Shown: positions 1 to 13,289, counted from the first letter of the stretch. The stretch is DNA of 64,000 nucleotides from Haliotis cracherodii (GCF_022045235.1 NW_027266275.1:25606001-25670000); one strand, 5' to 3'. Notes: generated by a model from the letters alone, not told the origin. Numbers and translations: made by a program.

Positions 1-385
1 CACAGAGGTATAATGTAGCTAAATATGAAATGATCGTGCTGTGATCATGAGCATGCTTGTTAAATGTCATTTTAATTTGATACAGTGATCATCATATACA
101 GTATATTGTAAAAAAGCTTCAAGCCAGTAAAGTTATTGCATAAAATGATGTTTTTTTTGTTGTCTTAAGAACAACTTATTTCTTTTAACTGACGGATCAG
201 GAATACATCTACAAGTATCACAATAAGGAGGGTTATGCTCCATGATAGCAGGGCTCATTGACTTGTCTTAGCATGTGTTTGTGATGGGTGCCATCGGTGA
301 AGCAGGATAAATGACACCAAGTGGCACTTGTTATAGAAATTGTAGGACAATCGGACTAAAATATCATCCATGTAACGCTAAAATG

Positions 386-1123
386 TCAAATTTCCGTTAA
401 CGATGACCATTGGTATTCTCTCCTGCCACATTCGTCCCTACACCATAACAACCCCTCCACCATACGGCACGACCTCCTGAACGCAATATGCCGCCGTTCG
501 TTCTCTCCTTCGGCGGCGGTAAAGACACCGTCTTCCATCAGCTCTGAACAAACAAAACCGGCTTTCATCAGTGAAGACGACCCTCTGCCAGACACGTCAC
601 TGCTAAAGACGTACACCCCGAGCCCATCTCAATATCTGACGACGACGTTGCGCATACGATGTTAATGACTGTCCTCTGTAAAGTCTGTAAACACTAATTC
701 CTGGAGCCCAGGATCACCTCGCCACTGACTGTCGACTAATCATATGCCCTAAGGCATTCGTCGCTGATGACGTCACTGTCAGGAATCGGTTCCGGAAAGT
801 ACGCAAGTGACGGTCTTCATTGGGCATAGTTACCCTGGGTCTGCCTGTTCTTCGCACGTCTGATGTCTGCCCGGTCTGTCTGTAACTTTGCATGAGGTTA
901 GTTACAGCAACACGGAAGCAACCAAAAGTTCCCATCTGCATCATACCCACGGCCCGTATCTTTTATATACCCTTATTGCACGTGTAGTTTGGGCTGCACA
1001 AGCGGTACGTGCTTTTTACTTTTTCGCATTTTCTACACACACACAAAACGTGGAAGTATTTTACTTTCTGCAAAGAGCATTGTTGTCATTTTTAATGTGG
1101 TAAAGTTTCTTTTGGCCGTCAGT
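386..1123 (-). mobile_element. Degenerate Tc1-family DNA transposon (5' part)
   Basis: Minus-strand translation gives RQTGQTSDVRRTGRPRVT (GRPR), RNRFLT, VVFTDESRFCL (first catalytic D) and GGGVVMVW, with stops and frameshifts. TIR-like CTGACGGCCAAAAGAAAC near 1105-1122. Confidence 0.85.
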
Positions 1124-1199
1124 TGAAGTTGTGCACTTTCTCATTTTCTAGATTGCTAGACTTTCTTGTATAGTCCTGACAATTGTTCTTATTTTTTGC

Positions 1200-1452
1200 G
1201 ACCGCCTCCGTGGTCTAGTGGTAGAGCGTCCGCCCGGAGAGCGGAAGGTCCGGGTTTCGATCCCCGACCAGGTCATACCAAAAGACGTTACGTTACTTGT
1301 CGTTACCCTGTCCGGCGCTCGACATTAAGGGGCTAAAACAAGGACTGGTCAACTCGGATTCAGTATACTGTGTCTGAGTGGGGTATCATGTTAAACTGCG
1401 GCATGCTATCTCAGTGAGCTAGCACTATAAATCGGCATCAATCCGGACTAGT

Positions 1453-1491
<39 letters not shown>

Positions 1492-1560
1492 ATGCACGTC
1501 GCTATATAAGTGCAATAATCTTGAACGCGACGTTAAACTCTATTTTTACCTCACCTCACC
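1200..1560 (+). mobile_element. tRNA-headed SINE family A (Meta-domain-like), full length
   Basis: A box TGGTCTAGTGG, B-box-like GGTTTCGATCCC, core CAGTGAGCTAGCACTATAAA, (CA)n, (CACCT)n tail. TSD TCTTATTTTTT at 1187-1197 and 1561-1571. Confidence 0.9.
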
Positions 1561-3629
1561 TCTTATTTTTTCCCTACATATGTACATAATATTCGCCGCT
1601 ATTTTGCCTTTTAAGCCCAATGGAATAGGGTTCGGCGGATAATATCGAGACTGGTTATTTTCTAGTGTTGAAGTTAATATTTCAAAGTGATAGAAAGTAA
1701 AAAAGGTTCTTGGCAGCCGCATGACTATGTCCGATCATTTTTATTTCAATATTTCGTAGTTTTTGTAGGCATGTAGAAGTTGGATTTACATATGACAAGG
1801 AATCGTATGGTAAGCAGCTTCTTCATTGCATCTACACGACGTTTCGACTAATGAAGGGTCAAGAACTAGCCTTGAAACGTCGTGTGGATAGAATATAGAG
1901 GTTCAATAAGAAGTCCATGAAAGTATTCCTGTTTACAAATATTTCGGTGACTTGAAATTTTCCATAAGGCAATAAAGGCCAGTGTAGCAAAGCTCGTTGT
2001 TTACTCGATTCAGAAGTATGATTTACGTTATGTCATATGTGATAAGCATAAGTTGATATGATTTCTGAATATTTCAGTTCCACAAATGCATAAACAGGTA
2101 CTTGTAGCAATAGCTGTACTTATAGTGCAAAGGTATCTCAATAGTGTTTTAACTATTACAATAGTAGAAAATGACCTGTATAACCACCCCCTAATGGTAA
2201 GCTCCGATATATCTCATCGGTTGATGGCAGTAATCAATGCATCTTATCTAAAAATATATAAAAGGAATTATTCACAATGTATGATATGGTGGTTTCGGTA
2301 TTTTTTACAAATCAACAGTTACTATGCGAAAAGCGGGAATAAAGACAGGTTTATTCCAGTATGGACACAATGTGTGAACATCTGTTTCTGGTACCCCTGC
2401 CGTCAGATGACAGGAATATTGCTTGAGACGGCGTAAGCGACTACCCTGGCCTGTTTGTGAGGTGAAATAGCAGTGAAATTTTCGTCGTTTGTCATTCGCC
2501 ATTGAGTTACTGTATTAACTGTGAGAGCGTGCTGTCTCACGGTAATTTTTCCTAAATATAGAATGGAAGAATTGAGAATAAAAGATGACATCAGAGCTGC
2601 TAGCGTCCCAAGATTTATTCAGGTGCAGTGTGTAATAAACATTTCAATTCAATTAGTCACATAATCATATCTAATAATCATAAATTATATCATTACAAAT
2701 AATTGTCATAACGTCGTGGTTTCTTATGACATAACTACTCAGAATATAATTCAATAAGCATTTCGCTTCAATCTTATAACATATCAAATAATCATCATTA
2801 CATTATACACAAATAGATAAGGATGGAACTTTAAATAACGGCGCAATACAAATACAACACATATGATTCACAATACCAATGTCAGCTGAAATAATGCAAC
2901 ATTAATGATAGACGTATTTGTAGATATATTACGGTAATGCAGTCTCGCGCATTACCGTAGTTCTTCTAATACAATTTTTTTTTAGCTACTTTATGCAGAG
3001 CTCGCATATGAGCATTGTGCATTCAACTATTAACATCAAGTTACAGGTATTTCATTCCCTTTCAAGAACAAAGCTGACTGACTATTAACTAAGTCCAGCA
3101 TTACTGCTAGCAATGAATCTACACATATTGACATATTTTACTTTACGATGTTGTTGATACTTGTACTAGATTTCTTATTTATCAAACGGTTATCAAGATG
3201 TTGATAAGGAATAATTAATTTCATATTTTGGTGATCGAAATTACTACAACCTACATAAGTGATTACAACCTTCAGAAGTGATACCTATAGTGGCATAGTG
3301 CGCATTGAAAACATTCCTAATCGTTATTTGAAGATTTAAAATACATTAAACAATAACTTAACAATGAACCAACGCATGTGGTTGAAAAGATACAATGTTC
3401 CAGAATTCTAAGACAATAATCATGAAATACATTCAACATATTTGAAAACAACAATTAAAACAATCTGAGACAATAATCATAATACACCCTCAACATGAAT
3501 GAAAACAACCATTGAAACAACGCATGAAAATGTCTTACCTTAATATAGAATGGAAGAATTGAGAATAACTAATGACATCAGAGCTGCTAGCGTTCCAAGA
3601 TTTATTCAGGTGCAGTGTGACTTGGTAGT

Positions 3630-3660
<31 letters not shown>

Positions 3661-4899
3661 TGTAGATTTAACGTGCGCGTTCCGACTGATGCGTATTTCG
3701 CACTCGGGTCCAGCAGGCCATTTAATGTGTTTCCGAAAGGGGCGAAAGTGGTCTGTGCAACCCAAGATGGGGGTTGAGGGGCTGCTTATATAGAATTTGG
3801 GAATTTTGAGATTTGGAATAGATGCCGATGGGGTTGGGGAGGAGAACTAAGGGAGCTTGGTATGGCGGATGTTTGTTTGTTTATGTGATTTTGATTTGGT
3901 AGGTTATTGTGTTTTTAGATGCGTTTTATTAGTTCCGTTTTGATTAAGAATACGCCTAAGGCCTTGAAGTTTTCTAGTTTATTTTGTGGGTTTAGTATTG
4001 CTTCTAGAGTGAGAGACTTGTTTAGATTGAGGGTGGTTTGTAATGCGGTTCGATGTGTTAGGTAGTGTGTGCAGTGGATGAGTGCGTGTTCTGGGGTTTC
4101 TGGTTGTTTGCAGTGTGGGCAGATACCTGTAGTGTGTTTTTTTAATTTGTTTTATGTGGTTATTTAGGTTGGTGTGTCCTGTTTGGAGTTTAGTGATTAC
4201 TCTGTCGATATTTTTTGATGGCTGGAGAATTTTTGGTTTGGTTAGTGGTTTGCTGAGCACTTTTTTGATTTGGCTATTTGAGTTTAGATATAGGTTATGC
4301 TATTTTGTTATGATTTTTTGCTTGTTTACACTTTTAATTTCTGATTTTGAGATGGGTGAGTTTAAGCTTATTTCTGGGATTTTGAGGGATAGTTTATCTG
4401 CTTTATCGGCGTTTTCATTACCGTATATTCCTACGTGGGCGGGTATCCACTAGAAGGTTATTTGTTTGCCTGCCTTAGTTAGGTCGTTGAAGCTTTTAAG
4501 TATTTGATTTATTAATTTAGGTCGGTGTTTGGTATTTTTGTTTTGGAGGGCTTGCAGTCCACTTAGGGAGTCAGTAAGTATTAGGATTTTTTGTGGTTTT
4601 TGGATTCTTGATTATGGAGGGCTGAGGCCATGCCCATTAGTTCTGCCGTGAATATTGATTGGTTGTTTGGGAGTCGGAAGGATTGTGTGGTTTTAGTTGG
4701 TTGTTTGGTATGGACTCCGAAACCTGTGTGTTTGGAGGTCGGATCTGAGGATCCGTCCATGTAAATGTGACACCAATTTGGCCAATTTTCGTGTATGTAT
4801 GCTAGTGTGGTAGTTTTAGCTATGTTTGGGTCGGTTTGTTTATTTATTTGGCTAGCTAGTGTTGTGTCTATTTTTTTGGTATTTTAAGTTTAGGGGTTT
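3630..4899 (-). mobile_element. 5'-truncated non-LTR retrotransposon (I-group-like: RNase H + C-terminal CCHC), decayed
   Basis: RNase H motifs HIYMDGS, ILTDSLSGLQAL and WIPAHVGIYGNENADK, then KLQTGHTNLNNH and a CPHC..ETPEHALIHC knuckle. (TAAG)n 3' tail at 3630-3660. 10-bp TSD ACTTGGTAGT at 3620-3629 and 4900-4909. Confidence 0.9.
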
Positions 4900-4922
4900 A
4901 CTTGGTAGTTAACCTGCCCCTA

Positions 4923-4960
4923 CTTATATAGTGGAGCCAAGCATAGCAAACTCTGATTGG
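4923..4960 (-). promoter_or_regulatory. Candidate TATA box (TATATAAG, 4923-4930) and CCAAT box (CCAATCAG, 4953-4960)
   Basis: Motif match. With the LINE removed, the TATA lies ~30 nt upstream of an Inr-like CAAGTC that leads into an ~80-nt segment ending in an AG|GTAAG donor near 3539. Confidence 0.4.
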
Positions 4961-6165
4961 TTTAGTTTTGAAAACATTATTTTAATTTATTGTCACAATT
5001 ACTTCCTTTGTTATTTCATGTGTTGTTCCGGGTTGAGACAATATTCGCATAGATTACCTAACTAATGTCTACCTATAGTGGATAAGGTAATAAAAAAACC
5101 AAAGGCTGGCATTTCGTTGATCCGTCGGCATTTTAGACTGACCGCCGACTTGTCACGGGGATTACCGTTATTGGTCAGCGAGTCAATCTGGAATTGACAC
5201 GCAGCCGGTGACTGTAATGCGAACGGACATCTATTGTCTAAATTATGTCTCGCGGCATGCTTTTACAACCTAAGTGAGTTACTGCCATTTATGTGAGATG
5301 TGCGAGATTTGACTGTAAAGATACGTGAGTTAATTTTATAAATTTTGAATATTATTTTTATATTTTGATATGAATTATTAAGCAAGTTTGCGCACTATAA
5401 CAACTGTTTCGATTTTCAGAAGACGAAAAACCGAATAATTACTTTATTCGACTTTCAAATATCACTGCTGAATGGACAATATATTTTTCATGTTTCGTCC
5501 ATACATTTTTCATCAAAGTAAGGAGTGATTAGATGCATATTTCATTTTACAACACTCGGCAATCTCAGTAGAAACTCACTGGTGTTGCATATGGAGACCT
5601 GTCCCCCAAAGCACACTACATCTTGAAACGTTGAAGACATTTAACATCTCAGCAATGTTTCCCTTCTTCAGAAATCTAAACTCTACCAAATATATAGAAA
5701 AAAGGTCGTAATATATGTGAGAGCAGTCACAATTGATTGGGAGAATCATCTTCAGCATAAACCTATTGGTAAACGTTTGAATGGTTCGTGATTCGTCAAT
5801 CGTCTTTCAAACGCCTGAGTAACGAACTAAGTTCAGGTTGCCGGACGAAACGCATTGTACATATTCTCTAAACCACACCTGTGTTTCTTGTTAGATCATT
5901 TGCGCAAAGTTAGAAAATGGCTTTGTCACACCCCTGTGACACAGGACGCTATCATATGAGCTTCCTGTCCTTGAAACTTAACATATAAACGCCATTGAAG
6001 CTGCTGTTCCACATGTATGTTTGTACCCTGTAAGGAAAGACTATGACCATATAACTCAATTGTATTTCTCACATACCTGTTACAAAACATGTGTATACAC
6101 AATTGACTTTTTTTCGGTCGCCAACCTCTTTGTTTTCTATCCGGTACGTTTATGAACACATAAAT

Positions 6166-9100
6166 TCAAAAAGATACCTTTCCATTAATTGTTTTCCATA
6201 TTTTATACTTCAGTTCGTCTGTAACTCTATTGGCAGATATCTTTGATCCATTTAGAAAATCTCCAGGGTTGGGCGCCATTTCATAATAATTTGTAAAGCC
6301 GTTTACGTGATATTGCTTGCAATTACATCCAAAGCACACGATGCCAGTGATAAACGCATCTTCTATGGACACGTATCGGAACAATCTGGCAGTTTGAACA
6401 ACGCATCTCCCCAGATCCATTGACATCACATAAGTGTTTCCCGATGCATAACGAGGGTAAAGTGTGAAAGGATAGACATATACCGAAACAGCCCATTTAC
6501 CAGTCCTGAGTACAGGAGGGGACAAGTATATATGCCCAAGTACGGAGTTTACAGGTCGCAGTTTCTTCAGCAACCTCACAAGAACATCAACATCCGTGAA
6601 TGTGTCCTCATCCGCCTTCAAGACGTACTGTGTAGAAGGGTAATACTCTGAAACGTAATTTAATCCCATTAGCACTTTCAGCGTTAGATTTCGATAAGTA
6701 TCAATAAAGTTTCCTTGTAAAATATCCCCATGGGCGACATTCTCTTCACTAAGAACAGCCTGTCCTACTTCAGACCGTGTACGCCCCAAAAGAAAAATGA
6801 GCTTGGCATTCAAAATTATATTACTTCCAGGCCACCTTTTTCCATGGAGGACGCTGCCGTATGTCTGTCTAATTGCTGTTCTCTGATGCTTTGCAACCGA
6901 TAAAACCATTATGATCAGGTATGGACTTTCACTTTCAAGTCGTATAGGCACTATATCATACGAAAATGAATATTTCGTCAATATCTTGTTTCTCTTAGTT
7001 ACAAAATGTACCCAATAGATGAACGCCGTGTAATCCTGCATTTCTGAATGATACTGGAAAGGACGGACCCTTCGTTCCACATATCCACCTCGAACAAGCT
7101 TAACGGCTTGTGCTGGAGAAAGTGGTTCACTTCCGTTGTTCCTCTGTATCCATCGACTACTTGGCTTCTTGGCTTGAGATCCTTGCTGTCTGAATTCGTT
7201 GAAATCCTCTGACAATAATGCTTCATCCCCAGATATCAGCTTTCTGTCAGAGTAGATGCTTCTATTTGTGGTTACCATGTAACCCTGTACAGCACATTCC
7301 CTTTTTGTACATTCCCCGAATAGAGTTTTGATATATAGTACATCTAAGCACCAAACGATAACACAAATAACAACTACGACATGACATCTTCTCAGGTTTC
7401 TCCTGAATCTGGAAACAGAAAACATGTGGTATTATAGTTATCGTGTTTTGCATGTATTGGTAGTTCATTAGCTGGAAACATTAACCAATACAGACATAAG
7501 ACACATTTGCCATCCAAACTACAGTCAAAATAAGACATTCCATCTGAAGATATGTGAGTTTCACCATCACACAGGTCCTTAGTCTCATAGATCTAAATAA
7601 ATGGATTGCGACCTATTCAGTCATGACTCTGCAGTAAATGAGACCTGGGCCCACTTGCACTTGCGATCTAGCGCTAAGACTATCGTAAGCCTATGTTAAA
7701 GTACATGTATGGGGCTACGATCATCTTAGCGCTAAGATCGCTTTGTGCAAGTGGGCCCTGGCCAACATGACAAATCATGCTTCAAACCAGAACTGGAAGT
7801 GAGTGGGTGAGTTGGGTTTACTCTGCTTTAAGCAATATTCCAGAAATATGTTAGGCAATACTAATAGATGTTTTGAAATTCGCATTATTCCAGACATAAT
7901 CATGCTGGCAGACATCTGTACTAAGTGTTCATTGGGAACTATATTGCTGAACGAAGTGTATACATTGTATTATTACGTTTCACATTATCTCATTGTGCTC
8001 TGGAAAACGTCTCTGGCGTAACTGTTAATCACACCCTAGATGGTTCTCAAGGTGCGACCTTTCATTACAGTGCGCTGCTCTCTCCGACATCAATAATAAA
8101 AAAAACGTACATGCAGATTCTAAATACATTGTGTATAATATCGAATACCATCAGGATACTGACATCTGCATTCAACGGAACATCTAGCTTCGCAATATCA
8201 TATTTGATTCGAGTCAGAAGATGGTTTGAATGTGGTGAATTATTCCACTGTTAACGTTGGTCACCTATTTTTAAGGCTGCGAGAACAAGACGCCCCTCAC
8301 CTTCAGTGAAGATTCAATCAAGAAACTACACGTAGAAAAACTACACGGTCAGATAGACAGTCAAAAGACGATTACTGGTGTTTACTATGCTGATTTGCTT
8401 CATCGCCTGAGAGATTCTATCAAAGGAAAGCGACTGCTGGAATTCTACTACTTCATGACAATGCCTCTTTTCACACCTCTCAACTTGCAAAGGCTGCTGT
8501 GCGACAACGTGGGTTCGAAGAGCTTTCTCACCCACCATACTTATCAGACCTGGGAGCAAATGATTTCCAGCTGTTTTCTAAACAGAAAGAACACTTTCGT
8601 AGAAAGCGCCATGACGACAACGATGACCTCAAAGCTGAATGGTTTTTTTCAGGATGTCTTCAGAAAAAACTTTTCTTACTGACTGGAACTGAAAAGCTTC
8701 ACTATCGAGGCGAGAAGTGTATTGAGAGGGAGATTATGTTGAAACATTTAAATTAAAAACATTTTTACAATTGTTGGTTCCTTTTGTTAGGCTTAGAACG
8801 TTTGGACCAGTCAACAATGCATTTGCATGGCGCCGCTGTATGAATTAGCAAAATGGTCCCTTCAGCACATGTTATTGCAGGGTGTGTAATAAAGTTTATT
8901 CTTCAAATCACCAACGGCGGTACATGAGAAATACATAATAATACACAATGTATACAAAATGTGTATCAAGATGGCAGATATATGCAAAATGTTCAGTTTG
9001 ACTTTTTCAATTTGTACTAAAGAGTCGATAACATTACAATGGTATGGGCCACTTAGACATTATAAACAGATAAAAACCTATTGGGAATTAAATACAGCTC

Positions 9101-12100
9101 AAAGCTGCATGTTTAGTAATCACTGGCATATTCAGATGTTTAGAATCATGCGGCACACATCATGTGAAAGTTTAAAAATATAATCAAAAGCATGAAATTG
9201 ATTAAAAAAGTCCCGTAGGTAAGACACCCTGAACAATGACCTGTAATATAATTCGCTTATAATAATATACTTGGACTCATTTATTTCATGGAAATCAGTA
9301 TGACATCTCCCAACGTAAGGGTCACATGTTGTAGCCGACATGAAGAATGCTCATTTTTGTCAAAAAGTGGTCAGTGTAACTATCGTTAAATTAATTGCAT
9401 GTGTTCTGATATAGATGTGATCGTGTTCTTGTACAACGTTAACGTACCAGTTAGTGACAAAACATCTGGTAACGTTCCAATATCGAACTTATACAGTTCC
9501 AATGGGTAGGCTATCGATAGTGAGTGATTGAGTGTGGTTTTACGTCGCTGTTAGCAATATTCCAGCAGTATCACGGCAGGGGACACCAGACTACATGCAA
9601 CACGAACTTACTGACAATTCCCCGAGGCTAAAGAGTTTTACAGTTTTTTCGAAATTTCGTTTCCAAGTAAAATAATTGTTATGACTGTGTGTAAAATCCT
9701 ACTTGCATGGACACATATTAATATTATCGCAATTTATTGTTCTCAATCAACATACGCACAGTGTTCTTACTGCTTATCTATTCTTTCCTTCAATAGGGTA
9801 TTGTTTACGTTTAAATTATGACGCATCTGGACTAGGTCACGCTGACGTTTTGACCGCTTTTCATTGCTGTATGCTATGGGGCATGCCAGAATCGTGGCGA
9901 CCGGCTGATCCACCTTTTTCTTCTTGCATCGATAACAAAGTAGTCTGTTCTGAACTACAGTGATAACCAATGAACGGTTAAGCTAGTTTGTCCATGACAT
10001 GCTGACATGTTAAACGTCAAAGGGGATTCTGTACAGAGCTGATATTTTATGAAATGTTCATCTCCCCCTTTTCTCTGATCATGTAAACAGAAAGGAGTGA
10101 GTGAGCTTTTACGCCGCTTTCAGCAATATTCCAGACATTTCACAGACGGGGGCGGGTGGGGGGGGGGGTGGGGGTTGGCACCAGAAAAGGGCTTCACACA
10201 TTGTACACATGTGGGGAATCGACCCCGGGGCTCCGCCGTGACGAGCGAACACTTTAACCATAAAGATACCCAATCGCCTTCAACAGGAACGAATATAATA
10301 CAAGAAACAAGGTGTTTATGTTCAATAATATAAAAGAAAGATCATCTGACTTCTGCAAAGAAATCAGTTATCGGATGGTGCTCCATTAATATTATTTAGC
10401 ATGTTACAGGCAGAAAACTGTCCGTCACCATGACTGCCTATTTCTTTAGAAGTAATGAGCACATGTAAGACACAAGACGGAGAATAACGTTCACTCTAAA
10501 CTGCATAATAACCTATGAACATTTGTTTGAAAGGAATACCGTTATAATGAAAATAATAGTTCTTGTCCATGGCTGCCTCTGTGGCATACATACAAATTCA
10601 TCATAGGTGATGCATCGGATATAATTACATGTGAATAGTTGGGGTATTTCTATTAACGAGCTGTATACATGAATACCCGAACATGGCAGACTCGATCGTT
10701 CGATAAGCAAAGGGATTGAACAGTTTCTAGGAGGTTGGTTGAACCTTGATAAACCCTACACTGGCCACCTGTACGAGCACATATTGAGTACAAAATATTG
10801 TATTTGACGTACCATTGTATAAACAGAACAGCTCAACAATACATGCGGTGTCCCAGTATCAAACAGGGTGGTGTCATAGATCTGGAATATTGCTGAGTAA
10901 GGCGTTAAACAACAAACAAACAAACAAACAAATCAAATCAACGTCAATCTTTGAACTTTTGCTGGTAAATCGTTTGGACCTGTCGCGTTAATGAAATGGA
11001 ATAAACTTCCAGACTGTCTCAAGAATGAAACATTTTTTGCATTCAAATCCCAGCTGATGACACCTATTTTTAAAAAAAGCACCTGCGACTTTTATATGTG
11101 TGTTTGCATGCGCTTTGAGCGTGCTGAGCCCTGGTGATAACCGCGATATAAATAGACCTGCAGATGACGCGGCCATCTCCTCGCCGGCGGGTCGAGAAGC
11201 GGCCTTTGCTTCGCTTTCCACTGTGCTCATGAACATTCAGGTACCCAGCAACAGGCATTGCCACCATGGGAGACATCAACATACAATATCAGAGTCTATA
11301 GATGAGAAAGATGTCTATAAAGTCTATAAAGTTGAATTAAACATTGGTACAATGTTAATACAAGCTAGAAAGTGCTGTCATCTTCCCTTTTATAACATCT
11401 TGCAAACCAATGATGCTGATACGTTCTTTTGTAATTCAAGTTGATTTTCACGTTGTTGTAGCTAACCCACGCTATGCAAAAGAAGCTCTGTACCTGACTA
11501 AGACGGCAGGTGTTACCGGTTGTTACACTGTATACAACAGCTGTCAATGTGAGATCAATATAAGACACAAGGCACTGATGTCAACATGTTGAATTGTATA
11601 ATACATTTCCCGATTTCGCCGAGCCCAATGATAAACTTAATTGGATCATTTGGTCGGATTGGGATTTTAGAAATGACAGCAGAATAGTGAGAGTTGTCAA
11701 CTGTATTCCATTTCGACGTAAACGCTGAGTCACAGATCCAATGTGTCGTTTCAAAATCGTTTATATATGTTAATGAATCCTGGATGTTTGATTGTACGGA
11801 AGCTCTTTAGGATAGAATTGTAATGTGTACTTTTGGATATATAAAGTGAATATTGGTATAATATTACCTACATGCGGATGTAGAGATAGCAACCTGGTAT
11901 TCTTACTGCTTACCATCGACAGCCACAAGCATGTTATTCCGTGGATAGGATATGCCACAAACAGAACATACAATGGGCAGGATATATTACGAGCAGGTTA
12001 TTCCGTGGGCAGAATATGCTACAAACAGACTAAACTATGGGCAAGATTAACTACGAGTAGGTTATTCCGTGGGCAGAATATGCCACAAACAGACTAAACT

Positions 12101-13289
12101 ATGGGCAAGATTAACTACGAGTAGGTTATTCCGTGGGCAGAATATGCCACGAACACACCAGGGCAAGAATATACCATGGACAAGACTTACCATAAGCAGG
12201 TTATTCCGTCGGCAGAATATGCCACAAACAGAATATACCATGGGCAGGATATATTATGAGCAGGTTATTCCGTGGTCAGAATATGCAACGAACACACCAG
12301 GGCAAGATTTATTATGAGTACGTTATTCCGTGGGCAGAATATGCCACATACAGAATTATAGTATGGGCAAGATGTATTACAAGCAGGTTATTACGTGTGC
12401 AGAATATGCCACAAATAGTCTATACCACAGGCAGGATATATTACGAGCAGGTTATTCCGTGGGCAGAGTATGCCACGAACAAAAGATGTCGTGCGCAAGA
12501 TATATCAAAATATACAGAATATACCATGGGCAAGATATATTACGAGCAGGTTATATCATGGACAGAATACGCCACGAATAGAATATATCATGGGCAGGAT
12601 ATATTACGAGCAAGTTATTCCGTGGGCAGAATATGCCGCGAGCAGAATATACAATGGGCCAGATTTATTACGATCAGGTTTTTTCGTGGCCGAATTTGCC
12701 GTGCGCAAGATGCATGCGGAGGATATACCGTTGCAGGATAATAAGAATTAAAAGCGACAAAAATAATTTCCATTTTCATAAGAAAATACGCGTAGCATAT
12801 ACCAAGAGCATGCTATACCCAGTGAAAGAAAAAACACGGGCAGGATACATCGCGGGTAGCACATACGAGTAGGAGGGACCGTCGATAGGATATACCACTA
12901 CCAGGATGACCCACTTGTAGAACACGTCATAGACAGTGTTTACGTCGAGAATATAGGATGTATAAACACTTTCCATAAAATGTAGGGGATCAGATAATAT
13001 AAATGTTATGATCGACCGTCAGAAGTGAATGACTACAAGGGAGAGGTATAGGGAGTTATTCTAGATAATTAACACAGTTAATTGTCAAATCGATCTAAGC
13101 CAATAGTATTGTTGATTTCCCAGGCCAAAAATGGTAAGACTGCGTGTCACTTTCACAAGCTTACGTACTTCTGTGAAGAAAGATATCTGTTTACGACAGT
13201 TAATTCTTAGACTTCCCTATAAAAAGCGACTTTGGTATAACATTATCTACAAGCAAGAAAATTGTGATGTCTTCTCACCTGTTAAGCAT
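6166..13289 (-). CDS. Beta-1,3-galactosyltransferase-like (GT31) paralog 1; coding exons 13279-13289 and 6166-7408, ~417 aa
   Basis: ATG CTT AAC AG|gtgag ... tttccag|A TTC AGG gives MLNRFRRNLRRC + TM. GT31 motifs RTAIRQTYG, GDILQGNFIDTYRNLTLK, KADED (DxD), GKW, YPRYASG, IEDAFITG. Confidence 0.92.
7648..7757. mobile_element. 110-bp palindromic MITE (PIF/Harbinger-like)
   Basis: Terminal GGCCCACTTGCAC / GTGCAAGTGGGCC, internal inverted GCGATC(T)TAGCGCTAAGA, 3-bp CTG TSD on both sides. Confidence 0.8.
8290..8812 (+). mobile_element. Degenerate mariner (DD34D) transposase 3' fragment
   Basis: GILLLHDNA and HPPYLSDLGANDFQLF (YSPDLAPxD-like), plus GTEKLHYRGEKCIE, across frameshifts. Confidence 0.8.
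10095..10280 (-). mobile_element. Short tRNA-derived SINE family C, diverged copy
   Basis: Reverse complement of the 21845 and 52778 element (CAGAAAAGGGCTTCACACATTGTAC, GAGTGAGTGAG tail). Confidence 0.8.
11372..11690 (-). pseudogene. Decayed extra copy of the GT31 first exon and upstream region
   Basis: Aligns by eye with 13265-13560 and 22155-22470 (TAATTCAAGTT, AGAAGCTCT, AGATCAAT, GGGATTTTAGAA). Its ATG is followed by TTA TAA and the donor GT is mutated to GG. Confidence 0.7.
11930..12700. repeat. 64-bp minisatellite (dimer of ~32-bp subunits) in the paralog 1 intron
   Basis: TTCCGTGGGCAGAATATG recurs at 12001, 12065 and 12129. Confidence 0.9.

Noticed and set aside
7409-7425. ORF-track starts for the GT31 genes (7425, 20035, 29817, 35042)
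   Set aside because: They lie in intron or mid-exon. Conserved tttccag acceptors and upstream ATG mini-exons give consistent starts in all four paralogs.
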